The notes: generated by a model from the letters alone, not told the origin. 64,000 nt of DNA from Bacillota bacterium (GCA_029006195.1 JAQXGH010000031.1:17811-81810), one strand, 5' to 3'. Counted from the first letter of the stretch, positions 10,191 to 20,521 are shown. Made by a program: numbers and translations.

Positions 10191-11627
10191 ATGAAAGGCA
10201 GAATTAAAATAAATGCAATGAGCGAAGAAGAGCTCGCTCTTTTCACTAGCCGTATGGAACAGCTTCTTATCGAAAGAGGCGTTTCAATTGATCATCCTGA
10301 GCTTATGAATATCATGGAGAAGGCTGGTTGCCGTATAGAAGGAAACCATATGTGGTTTACTAAGGAAGTAATCGACAAGGCTATAGCAGCAGTGCCTGAA
10401 GCCTTTACATTATATTCACCTGATGGACAGCATGATATGACTTATCCTCATCCAGAAGGTAAGTTCTACACAAGAACGAACACAGGTGCTCCATACTACT
10501 GCAATGTAGACGGTAATAAACACCAGGGCACTCTGGATGATCTTAAAGAATGGTATCATCTGACTAATCAGCTTGATAATATTTCATTTGTGGCATTGCC
10601 ATCAGCATGCGATCCATCAATTCCTAGTAAATCAATCGATGTATGCGCGCTTGAAGTTGCACTCACATCATCAAAGAAGCATATTTGGATCCAGCCATAT
10701 GAAGCTAAAAACGTAAGTTATCTGATTGAAATGTGTCAGGCTGCTGCAGGCGGACCAGATCAGCTTAGAGAAAAGCCGATCGTAAGCTTTATTTCATGCA
10801 GCGTTCCTGTTCTTCAGTTCAAGTATATGGACTCAGAAATCATCTTAAGATGTGCTCAGGCAGGCATCCCTGTACAGCCATGTGCACTTCCTGCAGGCGG
10901 AGCCAATACTCCTGTAACAGCTCAGGGTACTGCTCTGGCAGCCTCAGCAGACGTTTTAGCACAGATAGTTATGCTGGAAACAATTTGTCCTGGATTACCA
11001 GTAATAGCTACACCATTACTGTTCTCAATGGATATGAGAACAACAATGACTATTCAGTCAAACACTGAAATCACTTTTGGCAGACTCATCTGCATGCAGG
11101 CGTTTGAACAGGGTTATAACATCAGATGCCATTCATATGGAACTGGTACTGACAGCTTAAAGCTTGATGGCCAGAACATGATCGAACGTACATCACTCAT
11201 ACAGGCAATGGCTATGTCAGATGCCAGCGTTCTGGGTGGCGCAGGACAGGTTGAAACAGCTATGACAATCAACCCGCTTGTTCTCATAGCAGATGATGAA
11301 ATATTCGAAATCGCACAGAGACTCAGAACAGGACTTGAAGTATCTGATGAAGAAATGGACTTCGAAGAATTACTTGCAGGTAATGACGAAACCACATTCC
11401 TGGCAACTAAGCATACACGTCGTCATTATAAGAAAATGCATATGCCTAAACTCTTCTATAAGGGAAAGATTCCTAATCTCGATGAAGAAAACCGAGAGTT
11501 TATGGATAGAGTTAAAGATAAATACGATAAGTTAACGGCTAACCCTGTAGAACCGGTATTTTCAGAAGAAACAATTAATAAAATTCACGATATCGCAGAA
11601 AACGCTATTAAGGAATTAGAAAAATAG
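10191..11627 (+). CDS. Trimethylamine methyltransferase (MttB) superfamily protein, non-pyrrolysine
   Basis: GANTPVT..G.L....A..LA, D....DGQ...ER, GGAGQVE, D.EI pattern; next to corrinoid protein; no in-frame TAG. Confidence 0.85.
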   Translation: MKGRIKINAMSEEELALFTSRMEQLLIERGVSIDHPELMNIMEKAGCRIEGNHMWFTKEVIDKAIAAVPEAFTLYSPDGQHDMTYPHPEGKFYTRTNTGAPYYCNVDGNKHQGTLDDLKEWYHLTNQLDNISFVALPSACDPSIPSKSIDVCALEVALTSSKKHIWIQPYEAKNVSYLIEMCQAAAGGPDQLREKPIVSFISCSVPVLQFKYMDSEIILRCAQAGIPVQPCALPAGGANTPVTAQGTALAASADVLAQIVMLETICPGLPVIATPLLFSMDMRTTMTIQSNTEITFGRLICMQAFEQGYNIRCHSYGTGTDSLKLDGQNMIERTSLIQAMAMSDASVLGGAGQVETAMTINPLVLIADDEIFEIAQRLRTGLEVSDEEMDFEELLAGNDETTFLATKHTRRHYKKMHMPKLFYKGKIPNLDEENREFMDRVKDKYDKLTANPVEPVFSEETINKIHDIAENAIKELEK

Positions 11628-11855
11628 ATGAAAATAACAAAAACAGAAAAAATATGGCTTATAGCAGTCATAGTATTTTATGTAGCTTATAATTTGCCTT
11701 TTGTACCCGCTTACGGCTCAGCTAAAGGCACAATTATACACGGATTGATTACTCTTATACCACTGTGGATAGCTGTCTATATAGGTATGTTTAAGACCTT
11801 TAAGATCCACCCACTCCGTAAAATAAAAGAGAAGGGGGATGAAGGCAATGCTTAG
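11628..11855 (+). CDS. Small 2-TM protein, likely symporter accessory subunit
   Basis: 75 aa, two hydrophobic segments, overlaps start of SSS gene. Confidence 0.65.
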   Translation: MKITKTEKIWLIAVIVFYVAYNLPFVPAYGSAKGTIIHGLITLIPLWIAVYIGMFKTFKIHPLRKIKEKGDEGNA

Positions 11856-13371
11856 TTCAGTATCGATTTGGGTAATATTTGCACTATATCTTGGCTTCAT
11901 GCTGACTATAGCTGTAATAGAGAATAAGCGCAGTCAAAATAACAATGCACGTAAGTTTGCAACTGCAGGCGGATCTATCAAATGGCCGATATTAGTAATG
12001 ACATACCTGGCATCTCTTATGAGTACATGGGTATTCTTCGCAGGTCCTGGAGCTTATTATAGAGGCGGTATCGGATACTGGGCTTCAGAACTCAGCTACA
12101 TTTGTCTGCTCCCGGTAATCATGCACTTCGTAATGAACAAGGTGTGGGTTACTAACAGCATTAGACATTACACAACTCCAGCTGACTTCTATTATGATAG
12201 ATTCAAAAGCCCCGTACTTAGATTAGTGCTTGCTTTGGTATTCTTAAGCGCTTCATTTCCTTATGTTACAAGCGTTCTCATTGCTATAGCAAAGGCTGCA
12301 GAAATCGCCACAGGCGGCGCTGCATCATACAAAAATGTAGTAATAATAGTAGGACTTGTAATTGTATTATATGTAATGATCGGCGGACTCAAATCCATTG
12401 CAATTACTGACACTATTCAGGGGTTGGTTTACATAAGCATTTTATGGATAATTGTTATAGCTTGTCTGTTTGCAGCCTTTGGAGGATCAATTCCTACTGC
12501 TGTTTCAACGATTTGGGATAACACAAGAAGCTGGTTCTCATATCCAGGTCCTGATGCCTGGGTTCCATATAGCGCTAGATTCGGATATCCTTTTAGCTGC
12601 GCTATTGGATGGACAGTTATGCTTCCACATGTATTCATCAGATCGGGCTACTCAGGAGAATCGCTGGATACACAGCGTAAAACTATGATTATTACTCCGT
12701 TCCTTCAGGCGTTAGTTTGGACAGGCACAATGCTTATAGGAATGGTCAGCATAGCGCTTTTACCTGGCCTCAGCTCATCTGATTCAGAATATCTGATCCC
12801 TTATCTTATAGAGAATGTAATTTCAGGTATTCATCCTGTAGCTGCAGTTCTTCTAATGATCGGTTTCTTCGTTGGAGCTGTATCTGTTGGTATTACAACA
12901 GCAGATTCGTTCCTTCTGGTAAGCGGATCAATAATATCCAATGATATTATTTCAAAGACTTTACATATTAAGTTGTCAGATAAACAGCAGATGCTCTCTA
13001 TAAGAGCTGTAATCGCTGTTATAGGCGTTGTCAGCATAATAATGGCCCTGAACCCGCCAGACCTTATTTTCACGCTTATAATGTTCGCTATTGCCCTGGT
13101 AATGCCACTGTTCCCTATACTTGTACTGGGGATTTACTGGAAGAGGGCAACGAAGCAGGCTGCAGTAGTTGCTTCAATAGTAGGAACAGCACTTGTACTC
13201 ATGACATATTTCGTTTGGAATATGGGTGGAAACTGGTACGGAGCATTCGGATTCTTTGGCTCATTAATATGTATGGTAGTAATAAGTTTGTTTACAAAAC
13301 AAGACGAACAGGACTCTTACGAGTTCTATGAAGCTCTTAAAACAGGCGAACAAACGTACTACGAAAAATAA
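11839..13371 (+). CDS. Sodium:solute symporter (SSS/PutP-PanF family)
   Basis: ~13 TM segments; GGLKSIAITDTIQG, TTADSFLL, LGIYWKRAT motifs; start may be 11848. Confidence 0.9.
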   Translation: MKAMLSSVSIWVIFALYLGFMLTIAVIENKRSQNNNARKFATAGGSIKWPILVMTYLASLMSTWVFFAGPGAYYRGGIGYWASELSYICLLPVIMHFVMNKVWVTNSIRHYTTPADFYYDRFKSPVLRLVLALVFLSASFPYVTSVLIAIAKAAEIATGGAASYKNVVIIVGLVIVLYVMIGGLKSIAITDTIQGLVYISILWIIVIACLFAAFGGSIPTAVSTIWDNTRSWFSYPGPDAWVPYSARFGYPFSCAIGWTVMLPHVFIRSGYSGESLDTQRKTMIITPFLQALVWTGTMLIGMVSIALLPGLSSSDSEYLIPYLIENVISGIHPVAAVLLMIGFFVGAVSVGITTADSFLLVSGSIISNDIISKTLHIKLSDKQQMLSIRAVIAVIGVVSIIMALNPPDLIFTLIMFAIALVMPLFPILVLGIYWKRATKQAAVVASIVGTALVLMTYFVWNMGGNWYGAFGFFGSLICMVVISLFTKQDEQDSYEFYEALKTGEQTYYEK

Positions 13372-13382
13372 CAAAAACGAAC

Positions 13383-13425
13383 AAACGGCTGAAACAGTTG
13401 AAATTCAGCCGTTCTTTTTTTTTTT
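13383..13425 (+). terminator. Intrinsic terminator of the methyltransferase/symporter operon
   Basis: AACGGCTGAA...TTCAGCCGTT stem followed by long T run. Confidence 0.8.
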
Positions 13426-13453
13426 ATTTTTATAAACATTCGTTCTTTTTTTC

Positions 13454-13511
13454 TTGACAAGGAACAGCTGTTCTGTTATATTATAGCTACAAACAAAACG
13501 AACAAACGTTC
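13454..13511 (+). promoter_or_regulatory. SigA promoter of yneA-like gene with two LexA (Cheo) boxes
   Basis: TTGACA(13454)-17 nt-TATATT with extended -10 TG; GAAC-AGCT-GTTC at 13462-13473 and GAAC-AAAC-GTTC at 13500-13511. Confidence 0.85.
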
Positions 13512-13539
13512 ATAGAGTAGGTAAGAGCGAGGTATAGCT

Positions 13540-13875
13540 ATGAATACTAAGAATAACAGAAATAACAATAAGGTTAAGAGATATAAGGTTAAGTCAAAGT
13601 TCAGATTCATCACATTCATTGTTATAGTAATGTGCATGTGTGTAGGCGTATTTGGATTCATTACAGGTATTGGTGATTCAACAGCTTTAACTAAGCCAGC
13701 TGATAATCAAACTGTAGAAATTCTTGCTGGTGATACATTATGGGATATCGCTAATGAATTTAAGTCTGACGACACAGATACACGAGAAGCTGTATATGAA
13801 ATTTGTAAGCTAAATAACATCAAGGCTGATGATCTGGTTCCTGGAATGATTTTAGAGGTACCGCAGGACCTTTAA
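13540..13875 (+). CDS. yneA: YneA-like LysM membrane protein (SOS cell-division suppressor)
   Basis: Basic N-terminus, single TM, LysM (GDTLWDIA...I...N.I....L.PG..L.VP); LexA boxes upstream. Confidence 0.8.
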   Translation: MNTKNNRNNNKVKRYKVKSKFRFITFIVIVMCMCVGVFGFITGIGDSTALTKPADNQTVEILAGDTLWDIANEFKSDDTDTREAVYEICKLNNIKADDLVPGMILEVPQDL

Positions 13876-13931
13876 AAAAATAAAAACGCTTAGATAGAAC
13901 CTCTATAAGCCAATGTGCTTCAAACTATATC

Positions 13932-13986
13932 AAAAGAGACATAACTATTCCCAAAATTATGATTATCGGAATAGTTATGTCTCTTT
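13932..13986. terminator. Bidirectional terminator between yneA and ruvX
   Basis: AAAGAGACATAACTATTCC...GGAATAGTTATGTCTCTTT long stem between convergent genes. Confidence 0.75.
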
Positions 13987-14036
13987 CATTTCATTTCTCT
14001 TTCTTTGTATGGATACTGGTTTAATGCCACTCCCCT

Positions 14037-14471
14037 CTAGAAGTTCTTCTGTGAATCCAGGTATCCCTGCAGAATCAGAATAGCTGCCTGCTTATCGATT
14101 ACTGTCTTACGTTTTTTACGGCTTAAATCAGCTTCTATAAGAACACGTTCAGCCATAACTGTTGTAAGTCTTTCATCGTAAAATTCAATTTTAATGTCGC
14201 CAAGACCCATGCTTCTCATCTTATTCTCAAGCTTAGTCTTAAATTCATATACCTTCTCAGTCTGCGGGCTATCTGTACCATCAAGTTTTCTAGGAAGTCC
14301 TATAACAACTGTGTCACATCCGTGCTCCTGAATAAGTTCTACTACTTTAGTTGTGTCTTTCTTAATGCCTATTCTCTCGATAGTCATTATACCCTGGGCA
14401 GTAATATTTAAGGCGTCACTAACAGCGACGCCTATTGTTTTATCACCCACATCAAGTCCAATTTTCTTCAT
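14037..14471 (-). CDS. ruvX: YqgF/RuvX pre-16S rRNA nuclease
   Basis: GLDVGDKTIGVAVSD, GLP, DERLTT, IDKQAA; conserved alaS-ireB-ruvX order. Confidence 0.95.
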   Translation of the reverse strand: MKKIGLDVGDKTIGVAVSDALNITAQGIMTIERIGIKKDTTKVVELIQEHGCDTVVIGLPRKLDGTDSPQTEKVYEFKTKLENKMRSMGLGDIKIEFYDERLTTVMAERVLIEADLSRKKRKTVIDKQAAILILQGYLDSQKNF

Positions 14472-14496
14472 GTGTTCAATATTCCTTTTTTATTAA

Positions 14497-14745
14497 TTAT
14501 TTGTGCAGATAAGCCTTAATGAGTTCTTCAACCAGGTCATCTCTTTCGATTCTGCCCATAACGTTTCTAGCGTTATTGTGGCTTGTAATATATGAAGGAT
14601 CTCCTGATAAGATGTATCCTACCATCTGATCGATAGCGTTATATCCTCTTTCTTCTAATGCATCGTAAACCAGAGTAAGAATTTCTTCGATTGTTCTCTG
14701 TTCAACTCTATCCAAATTATTGTACATTCTTGTCTGTCTATCCAT
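14497..14745 (-). CDS. IreB/ReoM family (UPF0297) protein
   Basis: ALEERGYN...Q.VGYILSGDPSYITSHNNAR. Confidence 0.93.
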   Translation of the reverse strand: MDRQTRMYNNLDRVEQRTIEEILTLVYDALEERGYNAIDQMVGYILSGDPSYITSHNNARNVMGRIERDDLVEELIKAYLHK

Positions 14746-14805
14746 CTTAAACCTCCTATAATTTAGTTCAGTATAACATCTATTAATTACGAATTACAAG
14801 GGCAT

Positions 14806-17427
14806 TTACAGAAGTTCTGCAGCCTTAGCAAATGCATCTGGAATCTTGCTAGGATCCTTAGCGCCAGCCTGAGCCATGTCAGCCTTACCGCCACCGCCGC
14901 CACCTGCAGCTGCTGCGATTTCCTTGATCATCTTACCAGCATGTACTCCGTTTTCTACGAGGTCATCTGTTACTGATACGAGGAATGTAACCTTACCCTT
15001 AGCTTCTGTTGCGAATACCATTACAACGTTCTTATTTGATGCCTTAATCTGGTCTGAAAGTTCTCTCAGATCATTAACACCGTAATCATCGAACTTCTTA
15101 GTGATAAGTCTGATGCCGTTAACATCTGTAGCTTCATCGATGAGTGAATCAAGTCCGCTAGACATAGCAGCCTTCTTCATTTCCTCAATTTCCTTCTTAA
15201 GAGCCTTGTTTTCTTCTACGAGTGCTGCAGCCTTCTCTACTGCAACATCCTTCTTAGCCTTCATTGCTTCAGCTACTGAATCCAGAGTGTTTTCTGTCTT
15301 AATAAGTCTTTCGAGGATAGCCTGTCCTGTTATAGCTTCGATTCTTCTAACACCTGATGCAACGCCTGATTCGCTTAAAATCTTAAACGCACCGATTTCG
15401 CCTGAGTTACTTACGTGTGTACCACCACAAAGTTCTCTACTGAAATCGCCAATTGATACAACTCTTACGATATCGCCGTACTTTTCACCAAAGAGTGCCA
15501 TTGTGCCTTCTGAAACAGCATCATCAATAGACATTTCCTTAGTAGTTACAGGCATAAAGTGTGTAATGTTCTTGTTTACGATTTCTTCTACCTTAGCAAT
15601 TTCTTCTGCAGTCATAGCTTCATAGTGGCTGAAGTCAAATCTTAAGCCGTCTGCAGTAACCTGTGAACCTGCCTGCTTAACATGTTCGCCTAATACTTCC
15701 TGTAGAGCTTTCTGGAGCATATGAGTTGCTGAATGGTTAGCTGCTGTTCTGTTACGCTGTGGTTCAAGTATCATAGCATCAACCATTTCTCTTAATTCAA
15801 ACTCACCTACAGTAACTTCTACCTTGTGAGTAATTACATCGTTGTTCTTCTGAACATCCATTACGTAAGCAGCTGCTCCGTTATCATTATAGATATAACC
15901 GTTGTCTGCTGCCTGACCACCACTTTCTGCATAGAATGGAGTCTTGTCGAGGATGAATGTACAAACATCGCCAACCTTAACCTTATCAACTGATTCATTA
16001 TCCTTAATGATAGTTTCCAGAGTTGCATGCTCCTTACAAGCAGTGTAACCAGTAAATTCAGTCTTACCTTCGAATGAAATGTCTGAAGTAACTTCATCCC
16101 AAGCCAGATCCTTCATGTTTGAACCAGCCTGAGCCTTCTTCTTCTGTTCATCCATAGCTGCTGCGAAACCTTCTTTATCAACTTCGTAGCCTTCTTCGCC
16201 GATGATTTCTTCAGTAAGATCGATTGGGAATCCATATGTATCGTGAAGCTTGAATGCCTTGTCACCAGAAAGAACCTTAGTGTCTTCAGCCTTCATTTCT
16301 TCAATGTATTCACCGATGATTCTCATACCCTGGTTGATTGTAGCATCGAACTTTTCTTCTTCTGCTGCGATAACCTTACCGATAAGAACACGTTTAGTTT
16401 CGAGATCAGGATATGCTCCTGATGATACATCGATAACCTTATTGCTCAGTTCAGCAAGGAATGGTCCTTCGATTCCAAGCTTTCTTCCGTGTATAATAGC
16501 TCTTCTTATGATTCTTCTCAGAACGTATTCTCTACCTTCGTTACCAGGTAAGATAAGGTCTGAAATCATAAATGTCATTGATCTTAAGTGGTCTGTAACG
16601 ATTCTGATCGATACATCCTGCATTGAGTTGCTCTTTTCATATTTAACGCCAGCCTTTTCACAGATAGCATTAAGAATATGTTCAACAGTATCTACATCAA
16701 AGATTGACTTAGTTCCCTGCATTACGCAAGCCATTCTTTCAAGACCCATACCAGTATCAATATTAGGGTTAGGAAGTGGTAAGTATGTACCGTCTTCCTG
16801 CTTGTCAAACTGAGTGAATACCAGATTCCAGAATTCAACGTATCTATCACATTCACATCCAGGCTTACAATCAGGTGATCCGCATCCGTGCTCCTCTCCT
16901 CTATCGAAGTATATTTCTGAACATGGACCGCATGGGCCTACACCGTGTTCCCAGAAATTGTCTTCCTTACCAAGTCTAACGATTCTTTCTTCAGGAACAC
17001 CAACCGTCTTATTCCACATTTCATAAGCTTCATCGTCATCCTGATAGACTGTTACCCAAAGCTTATCAACAGGCAGCTTCAGAACTTCTGTTACGAATTC
17101 CCAAGCCCAAGTGATTGCATCCTTTTTGAAGTAATCGCCAAATGAAAAGTTACCTAACATTTCAAAGAATGTACCATGTCTATCAGTAAAACCTACATTC
17201 TCCAGGTCACCAGTTCTGATGCACTTCTGACATGTAGTCATTCTCTTTGAAGGTGGAACTTCAAGGCCGGCAAAGTAAGGCTTAAGAGGCGCCATACCAG
17301 CGTTTATAAGCAGTAAGCTCTTGTCCTTCTCAGGTACAAGTGAAAAGCTCGCATGTCTGTAATGTTCCTTGCTTTGGAAGAATGATAAATATGCTTCTCT
17401 AATCTGATTAAGTCCCATTTTTTCCAT
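14806..17427 (-). CDS. alaS: Alanine--tRNA ligase
   Basis: NAGMAPLK, HGTFFEMLGNFSFGDYFK, DTGMGLER, NHSATH, ELCGGTH, GGGGGG; start reassigned to MEKMGLNQ at 17427. Confidence 0.98.
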   Translation of the reverse strand: MEKMGLNQIREAYLSFFQSKEHYRHASFSLVPEKDKSLLLINAGMAPLKPYFAGLEVPPSKRMTTCQKCIRTGDLENVGFTDRHGTFFEMLGNFSFGDYFKKDAITWAWEFVTEVLKLPVDKLWVTVYQDDDEAYEMWNKTVGVPEERIVRLGKEDNFWEHGVGPCGPCSEIYFDRGEEHGCGSPDCKPGCECDRYVEFWNLVFTQFDKQEDGTYLPLPNPNIDTGMGLERMACVMQGTKSIFDVDTVEHILNAICEKAGVKYEKSNSMQDVSIRIVTDHLRSMTFMISDLILPGNEGREYVLRRIIRRAIIHGRKLGIEGPFLAELSNKVIDVSSGAYPDLETKRVLIGKVIAAEEEKFDATINQGMRIIGEYIEEMKAEDTKVLSGDKAFKLHDTYGFPIDLTEEIIGEEGYEVDKEGFAAAMDEQKKKAQAGSNMKDLAWDEVTSDISFEGKTEFTGYTACKEHATLETIIKDNESVDKVKVGDVCTFILDKTPFYAESGGQAADNGYIYNDNGAAAYVMDVQKNNDVITHKVEVTVGEFELREMVDAMILEPQRNRTAANHSATHMLQKALQEVLGEHVKQAGSQVTADGLRFDFSHYEAMTAEEIAKVEEIVNKNITHFMPVTTKEMSIDDAVSEGTMALFGEKYGDIVRVVSIGDFSRELCGGTHVSNSGEIGAFKILSESGVASGVRRIEAITGQAILERLIKTENTLDSVAEAMKAKKDVAVEKAAALVEENKALKKEIEEMKKAAMSSGLDSLIDEATDVNGIRLITKKFDDYGVNDLRELSDQIKASNKNVVMVFATEAKGKVTFLVSVTDDLVENGVHAGKMIKEIAAAAGGGGGGKADMAQAGAKDPSKIPDAFAKAAELL

Positions 17428-17508
17428 AGGTAAAATTTCCTTTCGTCTATCTATATTTTGAATATAATCTATATTAATTCCCAAAATTATACAAAATATA
17501 TTATATTA

Positions 17509-17543
17509 CAAAAGCCTCAGAATTACAACCTTCTGAGGCTTTT
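17509..17543 (-). terminator. Terminator after lpdA
   Basis: AAAAGCCTCAGAA...TTCTGAGGCTTTT inverted repeat. Confidence 0.75.
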
Positions 17544-17582
17544 ATGTCTAAACTGTGTATTGAGTTTCGTTAAGAAATTCCT

Positions 17583-18995
17583 CTATTTTCTGCGTCTCTT
17601 AGGAGCAGTATGAAGTGATTCGCCGATAGCATCTTCGAAAGCTTCAGTGATACCTTCATTGTATGTAGGATGAGGTCTAACTGCAGAAATAATCTGCTGA
17701 GCTGTAAGCTTATTAACGATAGCTGTGCCCATTTCTGAGATCATATCAGTTGCTCTAGCGCACATCATCTGTGAACCGATGATAACGTCATCTTCTGCTC
17801 TAAGAACAACCTTAATGAATCCTCTCTTTTCCTTTGTGATCACTGATTTGCCGTTAGCACTCATAATGAACTTACCGACCTTAACATCAATGCCTGCAGC
17901 CTTCGCATCTTCTTCTGTCATACCGACCTGAGCGATTTCAGGATCAGTATAAACACATGATGGAATAACATCCAGGTTGATTTCAGGTGTGTGACCTGCC
18001 ATCTTTTCAACACAGTAAATACCCTGTGCACTTGCAGTATGAGCAAGCTTGATACCGTGAGTGCAGTCGCCAATAGCATATACGCCAGGGATGCTTGTTT
18101 CAAAGTTTTCGTTAGTATCGATCAGCTTGCCAGCCATTGCAATTTCAACGCCTTCGCCGAATACTCCGTCCAGGTTAGGCTTTCTGCCGGCAGCACATAC
18201 CACGTACTGACCAGTAGCTTCCTGAATCTTGCCCTTTTCGTCATAAGTTACCTTATATCCGCCGTCTACTGCTTCAATTTTCTGGCACATAGCGTTTGCA
18301 TGAATGTCAACGCCTTCCTTTTTAAGGATCATCTTAAGGTTCTGTGAGATTTCCTTATCAAGCATATCTAATACCTTAGGCATTGCTTCGATAATTGTAA
18401 CCTTAGCGCCAAGATTAGCGTACACTGTAGCAAATTCAACACCGATAACACCGCCGCCGATGATAACCAGTGATTCAGGCATTTCTTCAAGTGCAAATAC
18501 TCCATCACTTGTAAGAACACCAGGAAGGTCGATTCCTTCGATAGGAATGAGTGCAGGAACTGAACCTGTAGCAATGATGACTTTATCTGCTTCGTATGAA
18601 GTTTCGTTACCTTCTGTATCAGTTACTGTAACGCTCTTATCTGCTTCCAGTCTGCCCTTTCCTTCGATTCTAGTGATTCCGTTAGCATCCAGAAGACCTT
18701 CGATACCTGTAACCAGAGTATCTGTTGTGCTTTTCTTATATTCAACGATTTTACCATAGTTAAAGCTAGGATTTTCGCATGATATACCAAGCTCCTCACA
18801 TCCATCTACCATCATCTTGTAGTTTTCCGATGCGTGGATCATAGCCTTTGCAGGAATGCAGCCTCTGTTCAGGCAAGTACCGCCTGCTCTGATATTTTCT
18901 ACTACTGCAGTGTTCATACCAAGCTTAGCAGCTTTGATTGCAGCAACGTATCCACCAGGACCAGCTCCGATTACTATAAGATCAAATTTTTCCAT
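17583..18995 (-). CDS. lpdA: Dihydrolipoyl dehydrogenase (glycine cleavage L protein)
   Basis: GAGPGGY, GGTCLNRGCIP redox disulfide, GGGVIG, HPTxxE; last gene of gcv cluster. Confidence 0.95.
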   Translation of the reverse strand: MEKFDLIVIGAGPGGYVAAIKAAKLGMNTAVVENIRAGGTCLNRGCIPAKAMIHASENYKMMVDGCEELGISCENPSFNYGKIVEYKKSTTDTLVTGIEGLLDANGITRIEGKGRLEADKSVTVTDTEGNETSYEADKVIIATGSVPALIPIEGIDLPGVLTSDGVFALEEMPESLVIIGGGVIGVEFATVYANLGAKVTIIEAMPKVLDMLDKEISQNLKMILKKEGVDIHANAMCQKIEAVDGGYKVTYDEKGKIQEATGQYVVCAAGRKPNLDGVFGEGVEIAMAGKLIDTNENFETSIPGVYAIGDCTHGIKLAHTASAQGIYCVEKMAGHTPEINLDVIPSCVYTDPEIAQVGMTEEDAKAAGIDVKVGKFIMSANGKSVITKEKRGFIKVVLRAEDDVIIGSQMMCARATDMISEMGTAIVNKLTAQQIISAVRPHPTYNEGITEAFEDAIGESLHTAPKRRRK

Positions 18996-19081
18996 TTATA
19001 ATAACCTCCAGTAGGTTTTTGAATAAATAAGAGTGCTATAGACCAATGCTATAGCACTCAAATGATACACTTAAGCGTTCC

Positions 19082-20518
19082 TTAAAATTCGTATTTAAGG
19101 ATAGGATTTCTAGCAGCGCCAACTTCATCAAGTCTAGTTACAGGAGTTGTAACTGGAGCGTTGTGAAGTACTTCAGCATCGTTATAAGCCAGGTCATAAA
19201 GTGACTTAAATACTTCGATAGCATTATCCAGAGTTTCCTTTGATTCTGTTTCTGTAGGTTCAGCCATAAGAGCTTCATGTACAGTAAGTGGGAAGTACAT
19301 TGTTGGCGGATGAATATCGTTATCAAGGAGTCCCTTAGCGATATCCATAGCTGTGATACCAGTTTCCTTAGCCTGTCTGCCGATATCCATAATGAATTCG
19401 TGCATGCAAACTGCAGGATTGAATGCGATATCATACTTTTCGCTGAGCTTCTTCATCATGTAGTTAGCATTGAGAACTGCGTTGAGTGAAGCTTCAGGAA
19501 TGCCTTCCTTACCAAGCATCTTGATGTAAGTCAGAGCCTTAACGATAACAGTAAAGTTACCGAAGAATGACTTCATTTCTCCAAGACTTGCTTCAGCCTT
19601 TGATAATGTGTAATTACCCTTTTCGCCTTCAATAACAGCGCCAGGCATGAACTTAGCCAGATGTTCCTTACATCCTACTGGACCAGCTCCAGGACCGCCG
19701 CAAGCGTGTGGAGTTGAGAATGTCTTATGCAGGTTGATGTGAACACAGTCGAAGCCCATATCACCAGGACGAGCCCAACCCATAATAGCGTTCAGATTAG
19801 CGCCATCATAGTAGCACTGGCCACCACATTCGTGAACGATTTCAGTGATTTCCTTGATGTTAGGGTCAAACAGACCAGCTGTGTTAGGGTTAGTCAGCAT
19901 CAGACCAGCGATTTCGTTGTTGCCTTCGCAAACTTCTCTAAGCTTAGCTACGTCAACGAGACCGTCTGGAGTTGAGTCAATGTTGATAACCTTCATGCCA
20001 GCCATTACTGCTGAAGCAGGGTTAGTTCCGTGAGCTGAGTCAGGAACGATGATTTTATTTCTCTGTGTTTCTCCGTTTGCTTCATGATAAGCCTTGATCA
20101 GGAGCAGACCAGTGAACTCACCGTGAGCACCTGCTGCAGGCTGTAATGTCATGTTGCTCATGCCAGCGATAGCACATAAAGCTTTTTCTGTTTCCTTCAG
20201 AACTTCCAGACAGCCCTGTACAGTTTCTACAGGCTGCAGAGGATGGATCTGAGTGAAGCCTGGCAGATTTGCCATTGCCTCGTTGATTCTAGGGTTGTAC
20301 TTCATTGTACATGAACCTAATGGGTAGAATCCGTCGTTTACACCGTGAGCCTTCTTAGCCAGCTCTGTATAATGTCTGCTGATGTCAACTTCAGCCATTT
20401 CAGGCAGATGAAGTTCGCTTTCTCTAGCATCCTTTTCTGGGATCGCTACGATATCTACATCGCATGCAGGAAGTGCACTGATTCCTCTACCAGGTCTTGA
20501 TTTTTCAAATACCAGCAT
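19082..20518 (-). CDS. gcvPB: Glycine decarboxylase subunit 2
   Basis: YPLGSCTMKYNP, QPAAGAHGE, SAHGTNPAS, NLHKTFSTPH. Confidence 0.96.
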   Translation of the reverse strand: MLVFEKSRPGRGISALPACDVDIVAIPEKDARESELHLPEMAEVDISRHYTELAKKAHGVNDGFYPLGSCTMKYNPRINEAMANLPGFTQIHPLQPVETVQGCLEVLKETEKALCAIAGMSNMTLQPAAGAHGEFTGLLLIKAYHEANGETQRNKIIVPDSAHGTNPASAVMAGMKVINIDSTPDGLVDVAKLREVCEGNNEIAGLMLTNPNTAGLFDPNIKEITEIVHECGGQCYYDGANLNAIMGWARPGDMGFDCVHINLHKTFSTPHACGGPGAGPVGCKEHLAKFMPGAVIEGEKGNYTLSKAEASLGEMKSFFGNFTVIVKALTYIKMLGKEGIPEASLNAVLNANYMMKKLSEKYDIAFNPAVCMHEFIMDIGRQAKETGITAMDIAKGLLDNDIHPPTMYFPLTVHEALMAEPTETESKETLDNAIEVFKSLYDLAYNDAEVLHNAPVTTPVTRLDEVGAARNPILKYEF

Positions 20519-20521
20519 TAT

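Noticed and set aside
10191..11627. Pyrrolysine-containing MttB
   Set aside because: ORF is continuous with no in-frame TAG, and no pyl genes are in the window.
14876..17145. Long antisense ORFs inside alaS (and similar ones inside lpdA, cadA, pduT, mscL)
   Set aside because: Shadow frames of strongly codon-biased genes; no RBS or recognisable motifs.
17428..17582. T-box leader upstream of alaS
   Set aside because: Only ~80 nt of AT-rich sequence between the lpdA terminator and the start; no T-box consensus seen.
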